NCBI GenBank assembly: GCA_964016885.1
Contig: OZ024742.1
Location: 140,430,001 to 140,494,000 of the forward strand
Source of the DNA: Eledone cirrhosa
Taxonomy: Eukaryota
Reading direction: 5' to 3'
DNA length: 64,000 bases
The notes beneath the pieces were generated by a model. The model had not been told where the DNA came from. It saw nothing but the letters and a program-made list of their open reading frames with translations, and did not search any database. Below, one piece after another: positions 54,481 to 64,000 of this stretch. The translations under genes and the position numbers were made by a program. The number at the start of each line of letters is the position of its first letter. Position 1 is the stretch's first letter.

Positions 54481-55485
54481 TGCTTCTTCTTGTTGTATAT
54501 TTGTCATTATAAGTATAATTATGATGACAATCCTTATTAGAGTTATTACTAACGACAGTGAGTGGTAGAAATGGTATTAAAATGGACTAAATGCCTTCAG
54601 TTCTTTAATTGCATACATTTTTGTCTTAAATTTTACTCTTCAGATACCAAGCTACTTATTTATTTTGAAGGATTTAAATTTAGCTAAAAATAAAAACACT
54701 TTCCATCATAATTTTAAGTTATGTTCCAAACACCAGCATAATAATGAACAAGTTAGTTATTTTATTTAAATCCTCTTCTTAATTATTTGAAAATCATAGG
54801 CAGTACCTTTCATTAGAAATATGGTAATAAAAGGATTAAATTTTACCTTTCATTTTCTGAGATCAATAAAAATTATCTGTAATGTATTGATGATTATGAA
54901 ATGTTTAATCAATCTTAACACAACTTACAAATTAGTGACCTTGTACCAAAGTTAGAAAAGATTAATATATACCTCCCACCATTAATGAGATAGTCAATTT
55001 GATTAACCCTTTTGATACTAACCTACTGGAAACCACTTCAGTTATATGATACAAATTTGTTTTATTTTAAAGTGTTTATGGCTATCTGCTGCCTGAAACC
55101 AACCTGGATTTATGATACAAAACTCCTCACTTTTTAAATGTTTATCCTTATATTAAAACCTTTCATCATAATTTTATTTTAGAATTTTTTCTTATATTCC
55201 AAATATCAACTCACTCATGAAAAAAAATAGTTGTTTTATTGAATTCATTGAAGTAATTGCTTATTTTCAAAATTATTTGAAACACATAAGCCATATATTT
55301 CATTAGAAATATGGTAATGAAAGTGTTGGTAATTGAAATAGTTTTAATAAATCCCTCCAAATTATTCATTGTTTAATTCATATTAGTGTATTTTACCAGA
55401 AGTATGGTAATATCCATTTTACTTAAAATTTAATATATTCAAACTTTGATTACTTATCAATGTCTTCTCTTCTCTTTCCTTGCAG

Positions 55486-55710
55486 ATGGCATCAGCAAAT
55501 GACTCCAAGTGGCAAAAAGATGCAGCAGACCAAAATTTTGACTACATGTTCAAATTGCTCATTATTGGCAACAGTAGTGTTGGGAAAACTTCCTTTTTAT
55601 TCCGATATGCTGATGACTCATTCACATCTGCTTTTGTAAGCACAGTGGGAATAGATTTCAAAGTCAAGACAGTCTTCAGACAAGATAAACGGGTAAAGCT
55701 ACAGATATGG
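55486..55710 (+). CDS. Rab3: Rab3 small GTPase, first coding exon (75 codons, partial gene)
   Basis: Translates [75 protein letters not shown]. It has the Rab3-type P-loop GNSSVGKTS and effector loop [10 protein letters not shown] polypyrimidine tract plus TGCAG (55461-55485) directly precedes the ATG, and a GTGAGT donor follows at 55711 (phase 0, before the expected DTAGQE). I found no downstream exon in the window. Confidence 0.96.
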
Positions 55711-58107
55711 GTGAGTAAGATTTTCTTGTTATTAATTTGTATTCCTCCCTTGTTTGGTCATTTTTAGAAAATGAATACAACTTTATCACTTTGGCCACAA
55801 ATCCAAGCACTACTACCTGTAACACAGAAAAGTAGAAGATATCCAAATATTAGGACTTAACCTACCTCTTCTACGTTTTCTACTGGTTGCCATCAAGACT
55901 TCCTGTGTCTTCAGTTCTTGGACTACAGTTTTCCTCTGCAAAATTGGGAGGTGTGCACTCTGCCTGAGGAAGAAGCCATACAAGGTAGAATGGCTGATGC
56001 AGTGGGTGTCACTGGCTGTTCTCTGCAACAAAGTTTTTGCCATGTTGTTCAGTGAGTGCAGCTGAGATATACTGCCCAGCCAGGGTATAGTGTCTTTCCC
56101 CTCCCTTCTGCCTTTCTCATTGTTTAATTGTTTCTCTCTTCTTGTTTATTCATTAAAATTTATTTTTTATTCTTTCATCATTGTATAATTTTATTCAACA
56201 ATAAATTTTACTAGTTAATTAACTTTAAAAGATTAATTACTATCTTGAGTTGATAGTCACCATCATCATTTAATGTCCATTTTCCCTGCTATCAAGAGTT
56301 GCCATAGTCTTTTTGAAATTTCAAAGATCTTTAATAGTTATATTTATTTATTTATTGTTGTTGTTATAATCAGTTCTTTGACTCATAATTCATTCATTTT
56401 AAAGATGCTGAATATCAATCTTCTGTTGACTGTCATCTATATTTTACACAGCTACAGTTGCTGTGTCGGGTTTTTTTTTTCAGTAAAATGAAGTTATGTA
56501 CTGTTGGAAACAAGTTATCTCATCAATGACACAAGAATGCATACATGTTAGCACAAGTTATCTGATCTATGGCACTGAAGAGGTTAACTCTTTTTTTATA
56601 CCAACTCTTCTGAGATGAACTGTTCAAGCATTTAGACCAAGTTTCTGGCTAGAGGACACTTTCCTATTTCCCTCTCAACAGTCTCAGAAGCCTTAGTAAA
56701 GGGCCATGCCCAGTAGCGCTCTTCCCTCTATGACTAACCAGTAATAAAAAAAAAATTAAAAAGTTAGTAAACATCAGAACGTCACTATGTCTGTCTTAAT
56801 ACCTGACTTGTTGAGAATGTTATTTTAATTATTTTTCTTCATTTTGTTGTGTTTATAATAATTTTCAATCTCGCTTTCTCTACTAGAGGATCAGTGAAAG
56901 CTAACAAGAAAAGTAGTAAAAAAACGTTTATGAAATATGGGTTAAAATGCTAAAGATATCCCATTATGTTCTTAAAAAAATAAAATAAAAGCTGCTAATG
57001 AACCGAACATATTTAAATTATGCTTTTACATTATAATGTAATTCATCCCTCCCACATCGTCCTTACAGGGAGACGCAAGTAACAACTGTGAAATTAACTA
57101 AGTGTAATATAATATATATTATTAATCTGTTTAGAAGTAATTATTACAGCTGTTACAATATGAGAGGAAATATCACACAGAAATACAATGTTTTTGATGA
57201 CTTAAGTAAAATACTGTAGTTGTTAACTAAAAAGCATGTTACCTCAGTTAATTGGCCATGTTCATGACCATCATCACTAAATATTTGCCAAAAACAAAGC
57301 AGTATAGTTTATTGATAAAGCAGCTTATTTGTTTAATCTATTTTCTTGCTTTGTTTTTTTATATATTTGACTTAAAGCCAAGTATCCATAGACAGTAATT
57401 CTGTAATATTGGTTTTATGGTAGACATAATAATGAGGACAAATAAAGATAAGAGCTTACCTCACTTCTAAAACACACTCAGAGAATTCTTAATGCTGGCT
57501 CTTTCATGAACTATGAAGGATTGAGAATAAAAATGGGAAACGGCAATAGCTTTATCAACTACTTCCACCTCCTCTTTGGGATAGACCTCTGTCAGTTTCA
57601 ACTGTAAAACTTCTGGAATGGTCTTCAAGCAGCTGAGCATTCCACAGACGCATGTAACTTTAATGTAATTCTCAGCGAGATTCAGTGTGACACAGTGTGT
57701 GACAAGGCTGGCCATTTTGAATTATAGGTACAGTTCATCTGATGGGCTTCCAAACTGCTTTCATCTACCCATTTCACTCACTGAGCTGATCTGAGAGTAT
57801 GGTAAATGACACTTGCCTAAGATGCCATGCAGTTGGATTGGACCTGGGACCTAATGATTGCAGAGTAAACTTCTTAATCTTTCAACTATGCTGCATTCAC
57901 AACTGCCCTTTACTTAGCTTATAACACTGACCCACTTTTGCTGTGTGTTTATTCAGATAAAGCATACTATCCTAATATGGCTGTACTTGTATTGTTTTAT
58001 CTACGAATTATTATTATTAACACATGAAAATTGATCTCTCATAGATTTCATTCATTGAGCAGCTCTTTGTGATTAAATGTCCTATTTTGTTACATTATTT
58101 AACCTTT

Positions 58108-58297
58108 AGGGCGGTGGATTGGCAGTATCGGTAGAGGGTCGGGACGCCATGCTTTGAAGCATAGAGTTACCTCCCTTTATGATCTGAGTTCAAATCCCGC
58201 CGAGGTTAACTTTGCCTTTCATCCTTACGGGGTCGATAAAATAATTTACCAGTAATACACTGGGATAATTGCTGGCCTTGTGCCAAAAGTGGAAACA
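58108..58297 (+). mobile_element. SINE S2 with 14-bp TSD
   Basis: TSD ATTATTTAACCTTT at 58094-58107 and 58298-58311. Confidence 0.85.
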
Positions 58298-59977
58298 ATT
58301 ATTTAACCTTTTCAAAACCACATTTTTTATGAAACACATTGCCTATAAGATTCAATTAGTTCTGAAAATATTCAAGAATTTGGAGTGACTTAGTAATATA
58401 ACAAAGTTTCTCGGTATTAAGTTCATGTTTGGAACATAACAAAGGTTCTTATGTAAAATTACATTGGGAGGATTTTAGATAAACATAAACAGTTTTGCAT
58501 CATAGAACCAGGGTCAGTTTCAGATGGTGTGGTATCAAAAGGGTTAAATATCTACATGTTTACACCTTCAGTGACCAAATAATATTGCTTCTTACTAGAT
58601 GGAATGAAACTTAATTATAAATAAGGACCAAATATTAGTAACCATGGAGGTAGTGTAACTCATTGAATATTTGTGATGAAAATAGTCATCAAATATCAGT
58701 AAACATTGATTACTCTACAAAGATCATCTCATCAAATGAATATAGTTCATTGACAGGTACTGCTGGATTCCATAAATTTGTAACTGTTGCTTGACTACAG
58801 TAGCAGATAGCCACAACCCTCTTCTATCCATTGCAGCTTTCATAATTAACTATGATTCCAGAGTCAGGTGATTACTCCTGACTATCAATGAGATTTGAAT
58901 CTCTAGAATCTTAACTCAGAAGACAAAATGCTGGAACAGATACCACAAGGTACCTCATTGGACACTAATAATTCTGCTAATTCACCTCCATGGACTGGTA
59001 TTTTATTTTATTGACCATCCTGAAAGGATGAAAGGCAACATTAACCACAACAGGATTTAAAATCAGAACATAGAGATCCAGAACAAATATCACAAGATAG
59101 TCTATCGGATAATCTAACGTCTCTACCAATTTAGTGCATAAATTAGTAGAGTTATGTCAATCCTGATTTTTTAGTTTAATCTATAATGAGATTTTCCACT
59201 CATTGCATGGTAGTTTCACTCACATAAATGATGGGTCCTCCATTGGTTTCAATAATGATCATGCACAATTTTCATCTACCCAGTTTCACTCACAAAGTTT
59301 GGTTCATCCCGAAGCTATTGTAAAGACACTTGCCTGTGATATCAGTGGGATCAAACATGGACATCAGGATTGCAAAGCAAACTTCTTAATCTTTTCATTA
59401 CTATATTTTTAACAAAAGATGCTGCCTATAATTTTCCGTTTTTCATTTTAATAGTTAATATATTTTGTCGCCTCATTGTTTATTTTGTTATCTGTAAAGT
59501 GACATTCTGTTTGTTCACCCATGGGTTATTCTCTTCTACTGTCTAGTTTCTGTATGTCTACCATGTTATTTTGTATTGTCTTACATAGATCTCTTCAAAA
59601 AATAATATTTCCCCCTGTATTGTCTGACACCCTGGGATGGAACTGTTGATACCATCTATAATGAACTTTAAATCACATAATATCCATTTCAATTTGACGG
59701 CTAACAAGTGAAGATGTTATATGTGGAGAGATGCTGTGCTGAAAAAGACCCGTCTAACCCATGCAAGTGTGGAAAAGCAGATGTAAAAATGATGGTGATG
59801 ATATATATAATCATCATTTTACATCTATTTCCCGCACTTGGATAGGTTGAGACTGAATGAGCTGGAGAACATGACCTCATTTATGCAATCCATTTTTATC
59901 ATGATTTCTAAGATTAATTGCTCTTCCTAATGTCAACCAATTTAGAGTGTACTAGGTGCATTTGATAGTAGCACAAG

Positions 59978-62069
59978 CAAGGCTGCCGAAACTTTTTTCT
60001 CAATAGTACCCAAAACTTTGTTTAAAATGTACCAAAATATACAAAAACATACCAAATCCAATTATCTCCTTCCATACACCTCCCACGTCCTAACACTCCA
60101 TCCTTCACCAGCTAAGTGCCCTACTCTAGACCTACCTCTCTAATTCCCACCATACATGCATACACTTCCCCCATACCAACCTCCAGTCCACACTGTAAAG
60201 TGGTCGTGTTGGTGCAACAACAAAAAGCACCCAGTCCACACTGTAAAGTAGTCATTTTGGTGCCACAACAAAAAGCACCCAGTTCACACTGTAAAGTGGT
60301 CGTGTTGGTGCAACAACAGAAAGTGCCCAGTCCACTCTATAAAGTGATATTCTTGGTGCCATGATAAAAAGTGCCCAGGCCACACTGTAAATGTTGTTGG
60401 TGTTATAAAGGGCATCCAGCTGTAGAAACCAAGCCAGAAACAGTTCTGTATGAGCAAAACACAGTCATCTGATCTGACTTGCCTTGCAATGTGGCAACTC
60501 ATCTTACTCATGCTAGTGTGATGAAACCACACAAATGTTAAAAAAAGAAAATGTTTTACATTTACTTTATATATTAAAAAGAAATATCTTCTTATTTCCT
60601 GTTGTAACAGTTTCTTGCAGTTTGAGACCAAGTTGTAGATGTCATTTAGTACATTTTGCAGCAGAGAATTGATCTTAGCAGGACATTTAATGTTGATGTT
60701 TTTAAAGCATTGTGATTTTTTGTTTTTATGTTGTTGAGAAGGGATGAAATTCTTTCTACAGCTGTTGAAGAATGTGACAATGAAAGAAGTTGCATCATGA
60801 ATTTAGATAGTAATGGATAGAGATATATACCACCTCATTTTTCTTGAAAAACAAGAAACCAGTATCTTTTAGGCTTATTTTATGCATTAAGAGATGCACC
60901 TTGCAGAGTCAATTCTCTCCATTCTCTATTTTTTGTTGATATTTGTCTTCATGCACAAGGCTGGAAAATTCTAATCCAATGGTATGATCGATCTTGGTTT
61001 ACCTTCAATAATATTGGTCAGCTGGAACAAGTTGCTTGTTGGTAAAAATGTACATTGTTTCATCTACAATAAGGGAGATCCTTGCTGAATTTAGCTTAGA
61101 CAATAAATGATTGAAAGCATGGGGACCAATCACATTTGAAAAAAATGCAAGTCCCTTTAGTTCTTGCGCACTTGATGTCTTTGGTAATTTTTTAATCAAA
61201 GCAAGCGTTGGCAATAAGGCCAAAATAGCAATGGGTAGATTATGCTCAGCAATAAATCTGCATAGTTTCAGCTCAGTTGATGCTATTTTCATTAAGTGGG
61301 CAAAACATTGAGCAGGCTTTATGAAATCTGTCACCTTCACTGTTCGTTTCGCTACTTTCTCATTCTTTTGGTGTTTTTCTGTCTCTTTATGCCTTGCTAC
61401 TTGACTTAAGCTACCAGCTCTCTCACAATTGCACAATTTACAGTAGCCTTTACTTGTATTCTTTTTATTCAATTCTAACCATGATGAAAATTTCTCATTT
61501 AATAATTTTCATAGAAAGTGGATTTCAATTTTTTCATCTGAGGAGTGTCATTTGCGTCACTATCAGAATGATATTCTATATTCACTTTTTTTTCTAATCG
61601 TGATGGGTTCAAAATGTTTCTCAAAAACGAACTGATGCAGTTGTCTTCCAAGAATTCATCTTAGTCTATTTATATTTAGATGTCCTTGCATATTGTCAGC
61701 AGAAACTATTCAAGTAAAATGTCCACTGATTGATTGTGAGCGAGTAGTGCATTATTATTAGCTACCAGGATAATACAGAAGATGGTTAGCTACCGATTTG
61801 AAATAATATGCAGAAGAGTATTGATGTCAAGTGAGATCTGATGGGCAAATACATTCAATGGATAGCTTCTTGACGTAAAAGCCATTATAGCTGATGAATG
61901 GTAAATCATTAAATTGTGATTTTAAAATATCAATTAAGCCAAATTCACAAAGCAATTACAATCTCTGAAACATACCAAAAAATCCAGACTTGGTTCCAAA
62001 CATACAGAAAAGTCAAATTAAGAGCAAATAGTACCGAATTTGTGCAAATATACCAACTTTGGCAGACTG
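59978..62069 (-). mobile_element. Degenerate hAT-like DNA transposon
   Basis: ORF 61005-61472 has CKLC..RHKETEKH, FIAEHNLP and SLIVDET..TNKQL (hAT-type first catalytic Asp context). Candidate termini CAAGGCTGCC (59978) and GGCAGACTG (62069) have subterminal TACCAA repeats, and the element appears to split an old SINE-like repeat. Confidence 0.6.
60181..60440 (+). repeat. ~48-bp tandem units within an RTE-related SINE-like element
   Basis: CCAGTCCACACTGTAAAGTGGTCGTGTTGGTGCAACAACAAAAAGCAC repeated 4-5 times, then GGGCATCCAGCTGTAGAAA. Confidence 0.7.
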
Positions 62070-62742
62070 GGCACTTGCACTAGAGGGGTTGTCATGTACT
62101 TGGTCAGACTGAAGAGCCCTCTCTACTTTATACTGTCTCTGTTTGATTACCAACTGATTTACAATGTATATTAACAATAAAAAAGAGAAGCAATAGCTAA
62201 AACCAATTACAAAACCATTATAATAAATAAGGGATTATGTCGAGAATTGAATTTGTGCAATTACTTTGACTGCTATTACTACATTATCTCAAAGTTTCGA
62301 CAACTGATATTTGGTATTAAAGTAGCCATGGCAGTAGCTATGTTTGTGTGTTACCAGAAAGACCTGTTCATATGAATTTGTAGAAACAAAGTAATCATTG
62401 AATAAGCAGAGGGTGTTGGTGTATATAATCAATGCCATTATCAATGAAATGCACTGACTGCATTGCTATCGATATTAGCCCTTTCTTCCTTCCTTTTTTT
62501 CTTCTTGTCTTCCTATCATCCTACAATTCAAGTTATTGTACTAACAAACTATACTCTCTCTCTCCTTGTTTTCTCGAAACTAAATCACCTTCTGTCCAAT
62601 ATTTTCTGATAGAGAGAGAGAAAATGTGATATTTTATCTATAACTTGTTTTCCTATAGTGTTTTATTTAATATGCCCTCCCCATCTACACCACTTCTTGA
62701 CTAAAATATGGTGTGGTTTGGTTGTTAGAACTAGTGTTTTAT

Positions 62743-62982
62743 TTAACTTGTTTGATACCAAACCACCTAAAACTGCCCCTCTTTCTGGGATACAAAGCTG
62801 TTTATTTTAAAGTATATATATTTATCTAAAAAAGAACTTTCATCATAATTTTCTTAAGATATGTTCTAAACGCTAGCTTAATAAGGAGAAAGTTAATTAT
62901 ATTTCATATTCCTGCTAATTTTCCAAATTATTAAAAATTATAATGGTGCTTTTCATTAAAAATACAATAATGAAAGGGTTAA
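62743..62982. mobile_element. piggyBac-type MITE copy in the Rab3 intron
   Basis: TTAA..TTTGATACCAAACC to TGAAAGGG|TTAA, same body as 30224-30485. Confidence 0.6.
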
Positions 62983-64000
62983 ATACTCCTTTATTTATGC
63001 CCTCTTTGCTAAAATGTATAGTATGATTATTATACTTAGTGTTATAACTCTGAACTTCCTGTACCACATGCAACTGCATTAGCAAGATATACATGTAAAG
63101 TACAAAACAGCACTATGACTGCATTAAAACTTAAAGTCTTTATTTTAGTTTACTGCAAATTTTTACAATGATCTGTTCATTAATAAAGATACTATTAACA
63201 TTTGAATTGAGTAACCCATTTTTTTTTTAGATATTTTCTACTAAATAACTACAAGTTGTTATGGGTTAATATGCCCCCACCTTTATCTCTATTGCCACCA
63301 TCTCTTAACTGAAATGTTGTGTGATGTGCAGTAATCATTATAACTAGTGTCTTAATATACACCCTTTTTTTTCTATCTATACCACCCCCCAGCTAAACAG
63401 CGATGTGGTGTAGTTATTATAACTAGTGTTTTTTTCTTCTATCTACACCATCCCTTAGTTAAAATATGGTGTGATGTGAATATTAGAATTAAGCATCTGC
63501 TGCCTTCCTCCCAACTGTTGCACCATTTTGATATTTTTTACTCACAGTTTAGAGTAAATGGAAATTAACAACAGTATTGATCTCCTTATCTCATCCACCC
63601 CCATTACTTTATGGTTAGATATAATTTCAAAACAGCAATAACAAATGTAATAAGTATTCTGTTCAGGTTTACTCTTTCTATAAAGTTTATCTGTTGATCA
63701 ACTTTAGTTTTTTTTTTATTATGATACTATGTATGAATAAATTTACTTTCACAGCTGCATAATTACAACTGTTGCAGTGCAACCATCATCTTTTACATTC
63801 ATTACAAGTTACTCTGCCACATATCTGGATGTTACTAGTTGGTAGTCCGACAACTATGATTATCCTGTTCATACGTCTACGCACATATGCTTGCATGTGC
63901 ACATACACACACGTGTGTTCATATATATATATATATGGTGTACTTATTCTAAACTGTGTGTATCTGATATAGAATAGGTACACTGCATCCTTGTGTGTCA

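Noticed and set aside
55480-55767. ORF-track 95-aa Rab ORF as a complete protein
   Set aside because: The track start lies in the splice acceptor, and residues after KLQIW are intron read-through.
58750-58775. CAGGTACTGCTGGA as a possible next Rab3 exon (DTAG)
   Set aside because: It reads GTAGFHKFVT rather than DTAGQERYRT.

Overview
AT-rich eukaryotic (animal) genomic DNA. A cephalopod/Octopus-like origin is inferred from the Rab3 N-terminus and the repeat landscape. The only host coding sequence I can support is the first coding exon of a Rab3 GTPase gene (55486-55710, +). The rest looks intronic or intergenic. The first ~26 kb is a nest of (TA)n/(TATG)n microsatellites holding 5'-truncated RTE-group LINEs (at least 4 lineages, one with a PHD-like finger), tRNA-head SINEs with exchangeable tails, bipartite RTE derivatives and a Helitron. 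The remainder has older SINEs, piggyBac-type MITEs, a second Helitron, a hAT remnant and a 21-bp minisatellite. Most ORFs in the track are translated microsatellite. The most notable signal is several unrelated short non-coding elements in the TA tracts that carry minimal type I hammerhead ribozymes with palindromic stem III. Complete cores lie at 5422-5498 (+), 5267-5343 (-), 7431-7514 (+) and 15291-15348 (+). Other elements are palindromes built from only the 3' half of a hammerhead. This resembles Penelope-like pseudo-LTR or retrozyme biology. All alignments and folds were done by eye, so boundaries are approximate.
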